Assembly: GCF_000315625.1 (NCBI RefSeq)
Contig: NW_005434512.1
Location: forward strand, 1-64,000
Length of the DNA stretch: 64,000 nucleotides
Direction of reading: 5' to 3'
From: Guillardia theta CCMP2712
Taxonomy: Eukaryota; Protista; Cryptophyta
Positions 22,658 through 34,100 of the stretch are shown piece by piece; position 1 is the stretch's first letter; the number at the start of each line of letters is the position of its first letter. The translations under genes were made by a program, and so were the position numbers. A model generated the notes under the pieces. It worked only from the letters and a program-made list of their open reading frames with translations. It did not search any database and was not told the origin of the DNA.

Positions 22658-23677
22658 ATGCAGGGAGTGACACTCGCCGTTGTCATGAGAGTGGGAGGGC
22701 CGGCAACCACAACGAGCAACAAGGAGGATTGAAGAACATCTGAGTTCCATTGAATGCGAGACACCCAGATATCTCTTGTCGACAAAAGAGACGTGAGCAA
22801 TTGATGAAAGGAAGGAGCAGCATTGAAGGACTGAAGGGTTATCAATGCGCACAGTGATAGAGCAAGCTGTTTGATGTCTGTGCGTGATAGTCAACTCTCC
22901 GGTGTCATTCAGAAGGCGGGCGAGTTCTTTGACTTGCCTGTTGTTCTCAAACACTTCTTGATCTCTGTGGAGCTCGTCCAAAGAGGAATTTTGAAACGGG
23001 TGAAGACGATTCAGAAGTCGTACTCGTTGGCCGTGAAACATAGGATGGATTCGTCTACTAGCTATGGAGACAGGGATGTTGAAGAAGCTTCGAGCATTCA
23101 CAATGCGACCAGTGAAGAACTCAAGAAGCTGGCGATGGATTTCATAATGGGAAATGCCACCACACACGCTGAACTTCCGTTCCTTCATATCGTGGCCGAC
23201 CCCATCGCGCACTGGCGCAAGCACAAGAAAGTTCTGGTGGAGGAATTTCAAGTAGCCTGTTCGAAGACGAATGAAGGAGAAGCTTCTCCTGACCTAAGTC
23301 CGGCATTCTTGCGAGCAAACAGCAGTCAAGAGGAGGGAACCAACACGTTCCTTTCCTCCCTGCACAAGGCATTCAACGACCTTATGAAGTTGGCAACGAG
23401 GAAGGTCAACGAAGTGAAGGACGAGATGAGCCATCTAGAGGATGAGATGATTCGCTACGAGCAGAGTGCATGGAAGAGCTTGTTCTTGTTCAATCAGCGA
23501 TCCAAGTTCAAGCGCAAGCTTGAAGATCTGTCCAAGAGGCTGGCAGCTGCAGAGCTTGTGGTTGAAGCCGGCTTTAGGCAACTTTGGAAGCTCATCTCTC
23601 GTCTCAACCAGCTTGACCGCGAGCGTGCCGGTACGTTTCTTACTCCTTTAACATTTTTCCTATCTTGTTTGCTCGTG

Positions 23678-23720
<43 letters not shown>

Positions 23721-24018
23721 TGCTACCATCATCATTGACATCATCATTCGCACTGAATCGTCTGCACTCCCTCCCATCCCAAGGCTAGACTGACGAGGAG
23801 CCTGCAGAGGGATCGAGCTTCTTGGCGAGGTGCAAAGTCATCCACTCGTCCAGCCCCGAAATGTTGAGGTGCGGGCAGGAGTCGGACCAGATCAACGCCA
23901 GGTAGTTGCAGCCGTTACAACGAGTCTATGCGACCAACTGAAAGCTTGCTGCAGGATTCGGAAGCACTACTACCTTCTTGACCGCAGACGCGTAGGTTGC
24001 ATCTCCGTCCATTTTTGA
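22658..24018 (+). CDS. Hypothetical protein with coiled-coil region, multi-exon; ends approximate
   Basis: Long coding-like ORF 22871-23630 (KVNEVKDEMSHLEDEM...KRKLEDLSKRL) with flanking short exons. Confidence 0.55.
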
Positions 24019-24222
24019 CTCAAGCGAGTCCGCGGGAAGGGCCCATCCAATCGCACATCGTTGTCATTTTGGTTATGGTGCAGATTTTTGTATATAGGAC
24101 AATGAAAACAGGTTGAGGTTACTGAGACTTTTTATGCTTGCACAGTCGTGTGATGTCGTGTGGAGAAACTCTCGAGAGTGAAAACAAGCATGTGAGGGGA
24201 AGTCCAGACCAGACCACGAGAG

Positions 24223-24424
24223 AAGGCTGACAGAGATGTATGTATTGAGCGCTCAAGGCTGACAGAGATGTATGTATTGAGCGCTCAAGGCTGACAGAGA
24301 TGTATGTATTGAGCGCTCAAGGCTGACAGAGATGTATGTATTGAGCGCTCAAGGCTGACAGAGATGTATGTATTGAGCGCTCAAGGCTGACAGAGATGTA
24401 TGTATTGAGCGCTCAAGGCTGACA
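24223..24424. repeat. Perfect 32-bp tandem repeat, ~6.3 copies (AAGGCTGACAGAGATGTATGTATTGAGCGCTC)
   Basis: Units start at 24223, 24255, 24287, 24319, 24351, 24383 and 24415; there are no spacers. Confidence 0.97.
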
Positions 24425-24502
24425 ACACTTCCTCTCACTCAATTCGGTGCTCTGTCAAACGTCACGCCAAAGACTCCCATCTTAAACGCATTCGCAAAAT
24501 CT

Positions 24503-25315
24503 TCAAAGATTCTCCTTGATGGTGTTCTCAAGGGCCTCGACATTTGCGCCGGCGATCACCTAGGAAAGCTTCACCGGTTTGCAAGGCATGTCGTCAACTT
24601 CCATCACCTCAATCTTGGCTCCTTTCTTCCAGAAGTGAAAGGCGGGCACAGACCTGATCATGTCTCAATAACCCTCGACAATGGGAGTGAGAAGAAGAAA
24701 GAGTGGTTGGTGCATGGAAGGGACGAGAGAGGTGAGCGAGGTGAGAGATGAAAGAAAGGAGATGGTGTGCAAGAGCAACGAGATGAAAGAAGACGAGCGT
24801 TGAGGATGCGCAAAGTTTGGAGGGAGTGAAGAGTCGACGTTGAGAAAGAGTGAAGGTACAAGCATGACAACACTCGACAAGAGACGGCGATGTTGACCTG
24901 ATCCCCTCACGCTTCATGAGCTTGGTGGCTTCAGGGGAGGTGTCCCCAACGCACTTAAGGAAGATAGCGTCCTTGTACTTGTCGCTGAAACAAGAACTTT
25001 CAGCTCCCCTGCCTCCCTCCTGCTCCTTCACCTCATCTCGTCGTACTTGGGCGCGATCACCTTGCAGGGACCGCACCAGGTGGTCGAGTAGTCGATGATA
25101 ACAAGCGTGTTCTCCCCTGCCAGCCTCTTGAGTAGAGTCCACAATGCATAGAGGTAGCGCTAGTGGTGGTGATAACGGCGATGATGATGGTGTTTGTGGT
25201 AGGATTATGGTGGTAGTAGTGATGTTGGTGGTAATGATGATGACGATGACGATGATGATGATGATGATGATGACGATGATGATGATGATGATGATGACGA
25301 TGATGATGATGACGA

Positions 25316-25349
<34 letters not shown>

Positions 25350-26070
25350 GATCATGGTGATCATGGTGATGATGATCATGATGATCATGATGGTGATCAT
25401 GGTGATCATGATGATGATCATGGTGGTGGTGGTGGTGGTGGTGGTGATGATGATGATGGTGACGACGATGACGACGACGATGATGATGGTGATGGTGATG
25501 GTGATGGTGATGGTGATGGTGATGGTGGTGGTGGTGATGGTGATGACGATAATAATGATTATGATGATGGTGATGATCATGGTGATAATGATGATGATCG
25601 TGGACTAGTTCACAATTATAATGGTGAACTTGAAATGCAACAGGGGAGGTTTGGAGTAGTCTCCAACCTAAACAGCACAAGTACACAAAGGAATGCATTG
25701 CTGATAGAAACATGGCTCAAGAGGCGGCAGGGGCAAGAAGAGCCAAGGAGAGGGGATGACGAGGGTCGTCATAACGATGGTAGCACAAGAAAATGACAGG
25801 ATTGCAACGGATCGGCACATATTTGCGAAGTACGGACAAGGGCAGCAAGAAGACGAGGAGGCAGAGGAACGAGAAGAGCAAGAAAGGATGAGAAGAACAG
25901 AGCACTGAAAACCAACCTGCTGCCTCGATCGCCTGGTCAAGCTCCTGCTCCGAGTTGATATCAATGACCGCCATGCGCAGGGCCGCGGCGCTGCGACGAG
26001 GCCTGGAGGAGGCCAAGGCAGGCTGCGAGCAGACAGCGGGGGTTGAGGAGAGGGATGATGAGCGGAGGGA
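24503..26070 (-). CDS. Plastid thioredoxin, f-type-like (WCGPC); 5' end lies in or beyond the assembly gap
   Basis: Ser-rich transit peptide SLRSSSLSSTPAVCSQPALASSRPRRSAAALRM, then AVIDINSEQELDQAIEAA / GENTLVIIDYSTTWCGPCKVIAPKYDEM / SDKYKDAIFLKCVGD...EGIRS / VPAFHFWKKGAKIE / VIAGANVEALENTIKENL*. Confidence 0.88.
25172..25600. repeat. Compound (GAT/GGT/GAC)n trinucleotide tract in a thioredoxin intron
   Basis: Direct reading; the source of the spurious poly-His, poly-Met and poly-Ile ORFs. Confidence 0.95.
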
Positions 26071-26648
26071 NNNNNNNNNNNNNNNNNNNNNNNNNNNNNN
26101 NNNNNNNNNNNNNNNNNNNNNNNNNNNNNNNNNNNNNNNNNNNNNNNNNNNNNNNNNNNNNNNNNNNNNNNNNNNNNNNNNNNNNNNNNNNNNNNNNNNN
26201 NNNNNNNNNNNNNNNNNNNNNNNNNNNNNNNNNNNNNNNNNNNNNNNNNNNNNNNNNNNNNNNNNNNNNNNNNNNNNNNNNNNNNNNNNNNNNNNNNNNN
26301 NNNNNNNNNNNNNNNNNNNNNNNNNNNNNNNNNNNNNNNNNNNNNNNNNNNNNNNNNNNNNNNNNNNNNNNNNNNNNNNNNNNNNNNNNNNNNNNNNNNN
26401 NNNNNNNNNNNNNNNNNNNNNNNNNNNNNNNNNNNNNNNNNNNNNNNNNNNNNNNNNNNNNNNNNNNNNNNNNNNNNNNNNNNNNNNNNNNNNNNNNNNN
26501 NNNNNNNNNNNNNNNNNNNNNNNNNNNNNNNNNNNNNNNNNNNNNNNNNNNNNNNNNNNNNNNNNNNNNNNNNNNNNNNNNNNNNNNNNNNNNNNNNNNN
26601 NNNNNNNNNNNNNNNNNNNNNNNNNNNNNNNNNNNNNNNNNNNNNNNN
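26071..26648. other. Assembly gap (N run)
   Basis: Run of n characters. Confidence 1.
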
Positions 26649-26721
26649 AGCAGGAGCAGGAGCAGGAGCAGGAACCAGGAGGCCAGGAGTAGGAGGCAGG
26701 AGCAGGAGCAGGAGCAGGAGC

Positions 26722-26765
<44 letters not shown>

Positions 26766-26812
26766 AGGAGCAAGGAGCAAGGAGCAAGGAGCAAGGAGCA
26801 AGGAGCAGGAGC
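26649..26812. repeat. (GGAGCA)n / (GGAGCAA)n microsatellite
   Basis: Direct reading; abuts the gap. Confidence 0.9.
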
Positions 26813-27446
26813 AACGAGGAGGTGGGTGACAGGTGGGATGGGAATGCAGAGCTGAGATAGAAGCGAGGTTGAGGAAGCGAAGCAAGGGTTTGGGGGAAAC
26901 AAGGTAGGACGGCACTTAGAGAAACCAAAGGACGTGGGCGGGAGAGAAGGAATCGGACTGTGAAGAGCAGACCAGGTTAGCAGGGGGCAGACAGAAGTCA
27001 CACAGTCTTGCTGCCTTTCGTTCAGCATTTGAGTCAGGTGACTGCGATCTCCTAGAAAGAGCTTGAGAGAGGGAGTAAAAGATAGGACGGTCTCACAAGT
27101 TAGATGGACGCAGTCCCGAGAAGGGAGTCAATGGTCATTGTAATGATATCAGCAACATGTTGCTTGGAGAGATTTGATCCAGATCATCGAAGGTTTCGAT
27201 TTTTGAGAAGGAACCTTTTGTTTTGACAGAGGAGTCAAATCAGCCAGTAGGTTTCTTTTGCCGTGTTTTCCAAGCTAGCCAACGCTTCCTCTCAAGCATC
27301 GAAGCTAACAATCTCTCTACCTGTCCTTTTCTCTCCCCCCCTCCCCCGCCGCGCGCGCTCTCTCTCTCTTTCTCTCTCTCTCTCCTGACACTCTTGGCGC
27401 AGAAACTCTGTGAGCGGGAGGTAAACGGAAGAGAGAAAAAGAGGAC

Positions 27447-27927
27447 ATGTCAGAAGCGAACGATTACGTCACTCTGATATCAGCGGAGGGATTTGAGTTC
27501 GTGATAGAGCGACGATGTGCGCTCATGTCAGGAACAATCAAGGCGATGCTCTCTGGTCCAGGTGACTGACCTCTTCACTCCTCCGTTCCTGTCTTGCACT
27601 GCTCATCCCTCTTGCCTGCCCTTGTTCTCCTCACTGCCCCGCCCATCTCTCCTCCTTTGCAAGGCTGAAGGTTTAACATGCTCTGCTTGCAGCGACTTTC
27701 ATGGAGTCGCAGGAGAATACCGTGACGTTTCCTGAGATCTCAACTCCTATCCTCGAGAAGGTTGTAGAGTATTTCTACTACAAGGTGCGATACGCACAGA
27801 GCAGCGACATTCCAGGTGACTGAAGCTCCTGTACTTGTTTGTTCCTGAATCTCTCTTCTCAGAGTTCAAGATAGAGCCAGAGAACGCTCTCGAACTGCTC
27901 ATGGCGGCAAATTTCCTGGATGCTTAA
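27447..27927 (+). CDS. ELOC: Elongin C; exons 27447-27561, 27693-27816, 27863-27927
   Basis: [100 protein letters not shown]; missed by the ORF track because of introns. Confidence 0.96.
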
Positions 27928-28099
27928 AGTCTATCAATCCCTACTCTGATGACTTCATTACTCTGCCTTGTCGTGATTGTTCCATCACCTCAACTTCACA
28001 CCTCAACATCCCAACAAGAAGCGCAGTCAAAAGCTCCTCACTTGCTCTATATACGTTTCATTTTGTTCTTTATCCTTCTATTTAGGCCCCCACCCCAGC

Positions 28100-29150
28100 T
28101 GCCGCGTTATAAGCTAGCTTCGCTCTCTGAGCATACAACGATCAGACGACAAGGGACAGGTTGTTAAGCTTCACAGACCTTCATGGAGTCGAGGAACGAC
28201 AGCTTGTTCTGCACTGAAAGCATGCCCGCCTGCATGCCGGTGCGGTAAGCAGCATCGTATCCAGATCCTGCAAGGCTCTCAGTTCCAACGAAGCTCTAGA
28301 GCTCTTCTCACCTCCTGGTCCGTCCGCCTTGATCGCAGCCTTGTAGCCAGCACGATAGCCCTCAACGTAAGGAAGCAGTCCCATCTCCTGCCACAGCTCA
28401 TGAGAGACTGAAAGAGGACAATGTTTCTGCTGTTGTGTTCCGCGACATCACGATGAACATCAACTTCCTTGTGATGTACGCAGTGCGATTTCCTCAGGTT
28501 TTATGACTTAGAAACTCTGTCTGTGTTGTGTCTATAACTTCCTTCTTCCTCTTGACAATGACTTCTTTCAAAGCCTCACAATTCATTGTCTAACATGTTA
28601 CACAAAGTGAGGTGGGATGGGTCAATACGAAATGAGATGAGAAGACGAGGCGAGGGAGTAATCTCATCCTTTTCTCGCTTCTTCAGCATGGACTAGCTCT
28701 CAGATTGACTGGTACACACACTTTCAAGGTCTTTCCGTGTGCGCTGAAACTGCCGCCAAATCCTGCTTCCTGCATTATGCTCCTTTCCCTGCTGTATTGC
28801 AGCCGAGTCCTGTGGCTCCTCTCCAACTCCCGATCCATTTGTTCACACAATCTCAATGTTCTCACACTCCATGGCTTTCCTCAAGAATCAAATGCAAGAA
28901 AACCTTTCCTCGCCTATCCAACGAGATTATCTGTCTCCATAACACCTGGCCGTAGACAACAGACACACGTAAATACATTCTACCAGCATGGTTGATATTC
29001 TTCCTCCTCCTCCCCTTGCACATCCTCTTTCTTCGCTATATCTATCTTCTCATCATTGTCCTACTTCTTGTCTTCAACCTCGGCCTGCTCTCAACCTCTC
29101 CTCTCCTTTCCTCTCGCCATCATCGCAATCCCCATCCGCGCCTGTTCATG
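28100..29150 (-). CDS. Hypothetical multi-exon protein; boundaries approximate
   Basis: Coding-like exons such as RLCEQMDRELERSHRTRLQYSRERSIMQEAGFGGSFSAHGKTLK and EMGLLPYVEGYRAGYKAAIKADGPG. Confidence 0.4.
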
Positions 29151-29194
29151 CCGACTTAGAGTACCCGTGTAGATCAGGCAATTTCATTCAACAT

Positions 29195-29510
29195 CGATAG
29201 GGGTGGGGTAGTGCGGAAGAGTCAGACCAAGGATATTTACTCAAAAATATTAAAAATAATCTAAAATATTTTTCTATATTTCATGCTACAATATAAAATC
29301 TCATAAATGTTTTGATTTCGTACAAATAATTTATATTATAATAAATTGATAATACTAAATTTCACTTAAGCATTAGATTTTTGAATATTGCAAAAAAAAC
29401 ATTGACTTTGTGGCGGATGGTGACCACCCCTAGGTACCCCTACTCCTCATAACTTGGTCACCTCAAAGTACCCCTTCTTTGTCTTTCATTCAGCATATCG
29501 AGGGACCGGT
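29195..29510. promoter_or_regulatory. AT-rich core (~29230-29410) flanked by GGGGTA/TACCCC motifs between divergent genes
   Basis: Direct reading: GGGGTGGGGTAG at ~29200, TAGGTACCCCTAC at ~29431, AGTACCCC at ~29467. Confidence 0.5.
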
Positions 29511-29559
29511 GGCTTGATAGACTACCATTCCATTTCCTACCTTGAAAATTGTCCTCGCC

Positions 29560-29585
29560 TCGCTCCTGCTCCCGCTCCCGCTCCC

Positions 29586-29626
<41 letters not shown>

Positions 29627-29714
29627 CGCTCCCGCTCCCGCTCCCGCTCCTGCTCCTGCTCCTGCTCCCGCTCCCGCTCCCGCTCCCGCTCCTGCTCCTG
29701 CTCCTGCTCCTGCT
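29560..29714. repeat. (CTCCTG/CTCCCG)n hexamer microsatellite
   Basis: Direct reading. Confidence 0.95.
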
Positions 29715-29771
29715 CTTTCGTTCCCCAATATTGACGGCTTCTGCAGAATCCGTCCTTCACTGCACCTACAG

Positions 29772-31060
29772 ATGATGATGGCTGAACAAGACAAGCTTTC
29801 GATGCTGGAAGGAGTGTATGAAACTCTGCTCATCGACTTTCACGAGCACTGCATGCTCCGGTCACTTGCCATATGCCCAGTCACCTCGACTGACGGGTTG
29901 ACAGGATCAACAACTTGCAAAAGGATCTGATAGAGCTCATTGAGATCCAAGACGAGCAAGTAGATGTATCCGCTATCCTCCCTCTTCCTGACGGCGTCAA
30001 ACCCAACCAGCTCCTCCTCCTCCGCACATGTAAGATCCTCATGTCTTCCTTGCCCGCCGCTCAGCCATCATGTCAGTGCAGGATCAGTATGTGCAAGAGA
30101 TGCACAAAGTGATCACCATGACGGACTATCACTGTAAGGATATTGTGCGATGCTTGCGGCGACAAGCGCATGCAGGCAGGCCGGTGACGATGGCAGAGGT
30201 CGACATCCTCCTCAGCTCGGCCAAAAGACAGGTGCAGCAAGCCATGTCAGATCCGCTGACCTCTAACGTCCTCTGGCTCCTCTTGCTCCTCTTGCTCCTG
30301 CTCCTCCTCTTTTCAGTTTCGTGTCGTGCGCATTTGGCTCCGCCGTCTGTACGAAGACTGGATGGGCGCGATCGTAAAGACTTCGGTCCACCTTGACACT
30401 TCACCTTTCTCTCTCCCTCTCCCTCTCCCTCTCCCTCTCCCTCTCCCTCTCCCTCTCCCTCTCCCTCTCCCTCTACCTCTCCCTCTCCCTCTACCTCTCC
30501 CCCTCCCTCCCCTGCCCGTTCTCTTGCTCTTGCTCTTGCTCTTGCTCTTGCTCTTGCTCTTGCTCTTGCTCTTGCTCTTGCTCTTGCTCTTCTCTCTCGC
30601 TCCTGCTCCTGCTGACTTGTGTCGCTGCCCGGCCTCTACCAGAGCTCCCGGAGCGAGGAGCAGGACCTTCCTCTTACGATGGACGCCAGCAAGATGCTTC
30701 CTGCTCTTCGAAGAACTTTCAAGAGCACAGGAGGGGAGGACGGGAGTATTGAGGAGGCAGATCTGTCCATGGAGAGCAACTTACTGGGCAACTCGCACGA
30801 CGGGGTAGAGTTGATGGAAGAGGCTGAATGGGAGGCGTCATTCGAGCTGTTCAAAACCTCCTCCTCCGGCCTGCCCTTCGCTTTCTGAGAGGTGACGCAG
30901 AGAAAACAAGGGAGGACGAGATGAGTGTGTTTCGACCTCCCGTAAGTCATTCAGATGATTGTGACAGAGGGAAGGCGGTGCAGGATAACGAGGATGAAGG
31001 GACTTGGGAGAGGAAGGAGTGACGGTCGTCAAGTTGAGGATGGGGCAAGGAGGAGGTAAA
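29772..31060 (+). CDS. Hypothetical multi-exon protein; end approximate
   Basis: Exons MMMAEQDKLSMLEGVYETLLIDFHEHCML / INNLQKDLIELIEIQDEQVD / VQDQYVQEMHKVITMTDYHCKDIVRCL / FRVVRIWLRRLYEDWMG / EEQDLPLTMDASK. Confidence 0.6.
30410..30590. repeat. (CTCTCC)n + (CTCTTG)n intronic microsatellites
   Basis: Direct reading. Confidence 0.95.
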
Positions 31061-31113
31061 CAGAAGGGTGACAGGGCGAGGGAGCAATGAAGAAAGTGTG
31101 AAGTTTCATGTTG

Positions 31114-34100
31114 TTACTGCATTATCTCCTCCCTAAACCTCTCTGCCTGGAACCTGTCAAAAGGATCAGCATCATTACCTTTCCTCGTCCCACTCCCACT
31201 CCTACTCTCTCCTCTTGCTCTTCCTTGCCTTCCTTGCCCTCCCCTCCTCCTCTCTCATCGCTACCTGAAGTCTTCAGGATGATCTTGGTGCCCGAGCTCA
31301 CGCCATTGCCCTGTTGGACATCAGAGGAAGAAGACCATTTGCAAGCGACTTCATCACCTTGCCATCCCCATGGTTGGGAGAGCGGGATGCGGTGGCATGC
31401 TGCAAGGATATGAGCGAGAGGAGGAGGAGGAGAATCAATTTGTTACATCCTTGTTGGACTGATCGTGATGCTTGCATTGCTTCAACCATTTCTTCACCTA
31501 AAAATCAATGAGGCTCCTCCTCCTCCTCCTCCTCCTCCTCCTCCTCACCATCTTCCTCGTCACATCAAATCCGAAGAGTTTAATTCCGTCCACATCCGAA
31601 GCATCAGGATCCTTCCGAATCAACATCAGCGCAACTCCCTCCCCTCCTTCCCCTCCCTCTTCCTCCTTCACCTCATATAGCTCGCTAGGATCTTCCTGCT
31701 CGTACTATTGATCCTCTAGCTCACAGAACATGTCTCTTGTCACCATTCTGTCACACATCATCGAAGATGACCGCTGCTCTTGATACGAGGCGAGATCTAG
31801 CATCGTCGATTAGTCACGCCCAACACAAGGACTGTCGATCTACCTCGACGNNNNNNNNNNNNNNNNNNNNNNNNNNNNNNNNNNNNNNNNNNNNNNNNNN
31901 NNNNNNNNNNNNNNNNNNNNNNNNNNNNNNNNNNNNNNNNNNNNNNNNNNCCGAAGACGGCAAGACGATCCTCCATGGCATCTAAGGGCAGGTCAGCATC
32001 CAGGAGGAGATCAGACAAGGCAGGGCATCAGCATCATCACCAAGAGAAGGGACACCGACGGACAATAGTGTCGTAGGCGATGGCAGACTTGAACTTGTTA
32101 TAGATGATAGAGGCCGGCAATGCAATAGTTGGGGGGGGAGGGTATTGGGGGCGGCGGGACCTTAGTGAGAGGGTCAGTTGTCTTGATGACTTCGTTCAGC
32201 CACTTCTGCCCCTTCCACATCTGCTGGCTAAGAGAAAGGAGAACGTCACGTGTGCTAGCATGCAGTACCCCTTCCTACCTGCAGTAGCCCACCGGGTACT
32301 TGTACTTGCCAGTCCTGAAGGCCTCGCTCTTGGGTATCTCCGAGCCAGGGTTGAGGAGGGTGAGCGAGTCGATCTGCTGCGGCTGGAAGGCTGGCCGATC
32401 GCTGCTGGACTTGTCCCCGGCAGAAGGGAGGAGACCATCATGGTTGTGGTGGAGCTTGATCTTCTTGATCTTCTTTCCGTCCTACAGCACCGTAAGAAAG
32501 CGAGCAAAGAGGAGGACGAGGAGGACGAGGACGAGGAGGAGTTGGAAGTGAAGGGGGTGTGGGTGAGGTGGAGTAGAGACCTGGAAATCATCGTCCCCGG
32601 ACTCATCAGATTCAGCTTGCGCTCTCCCCCGCTTCTTCTTGCTCCCTCGCGCCCCTGCCCCTGCGCTTTTCTTGCTCGCATCGAAATATCGCTTGAGGCA
32701 TTCGTTTGCTCGCTTCGGCAGCTTGCTCAGAACATCCTCCTTGTTCCCCCCCCTCTCGCCCTCCTGTTCCCTCGACGGAAAATTTCGCAGCAGCGACGCG
32801 ATGCTCGAGCTTGACCCGCTCGCGATCCTCCCGCACTCCTCGAGCCCGTACTTGTACACTCCCCACAGCAGCTCCTTGTCGTGTTTCACCGTCCATGTGC
32901 TGCATGGTCGAGCAGCATTGAAGTCCTTGGGGTTTCCCAGCACGTCCCTGCTCTCTCGGCAGGTCTTCCCCAGCAGCGCCAGCTGGAGGAGCCGCCGCAT
33001 CGTCTCCCCGCAAGTCTTGTCGGAGATGTTACACACTTTTCTCATAACCCGCTCGTCCACCTTGAGCCTCGCCCCCGACCCCTCCCCGACTTTCTTCAGC
33101 TCTTGGTCCTCCTTCACGATCTGCTTCAGCTCCTCAGGAGACGCGCCCGCCACCTTAGCGCAGGTCTTGACGTACTCGCGCGAGAAGCTTATCACGTCGT
33201 CCACGCTGGGGGCCTTCACGTTTGCCGCCCGGTAAATTTCCTCCCATCGGCCAAACCCCAAAGAGAGCAGGTGCTTCCTGACGCTCTTCATGTCCACCCC
33301 TGTCCAGTAGTTGGACCCTCTCCTCCTGTCGCTGTCGCTCAAGCTCCCGTCGCTCTGCGATCCCTCCTTCTTGGACTCATCGAACCCCAACCGCGACACT
33401 CCCGTCCTTCTCCGAGGACCCATATCTTCATGCACCACCTCCACCTTTTCCTTCTTTACCGGATTTGGCATCAACTTCTCCCAGAAGTTCGGATCGTTGT
33501 AGTCGATCTCTGCCCCAGCTGATGCCGGCACAAAGCTCGCCGTTGAGAACGAGTTCCCAGCTGACCGAGCCCCACTGTCTTCCACGATCTTGGTACTTCG
33601 CCGCTGCAGGATAGATTCGATGTCTTCCTCGTTAAACTTTGTGCTCTCCTCTTCCGCCTCCTTCTTGAAGAGATCGTAAGCCCCGTGCCGCAGCAGCCGC
33701 TCCAGCTCCTTCTTGTCCTCCTTGCTCGTCTTCTTCGTCCCCTGCTTCCCCGTGATCACCGCCTGCTCCAGACCCTGTTTCTGCGACGCCCGCTCCAGCA
33801 TCCTCCTCTCGTAAGTCTTCACCGTGATGAGCCGGTAGATTTTCACCTCCCGCGTCTGCCCGATCCTGTGGCATCTCGCCTGAGCCTGCAGGTCGTTCTG
33901 AGGGTTCCAGTCGCTGTCAAAGATGATGACGGTGTCCGCCGTTGTCAGATTGATCCCCATCCCCCCAGCCTTGGTGCAGATGAGGAACACGAACCTGTGA
34001 TCTCCCTGCTCGTTGTACCGATCAATGGCGCTCTGACGCATGTTCCCTCGGATCCGACCATCAATCCGCTCGAAGGGAAACTCCTTGGCCCGCATGTACT

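Noticed and set aside
22871-23788. Possible APC4-like helical domain
   Set aside because: Resemblance too weak to support; left as hypothetical.
24223-24424. CRISPR-like array (32-bp repeat with a palindrome)
   Set aside because: Units are contiguous with no spacers, there are no cas genes, and the context is eukaryotic.
24609-25713. Poly-His, poly-Ile and poly-Met ORFs
   Set aside because: Translations of an intronic trinucleotide tract in the thioredoxin gene.
25668-27028. Long ORFs spanning the N run
   Set aside because: Open only because of the assembly gap.
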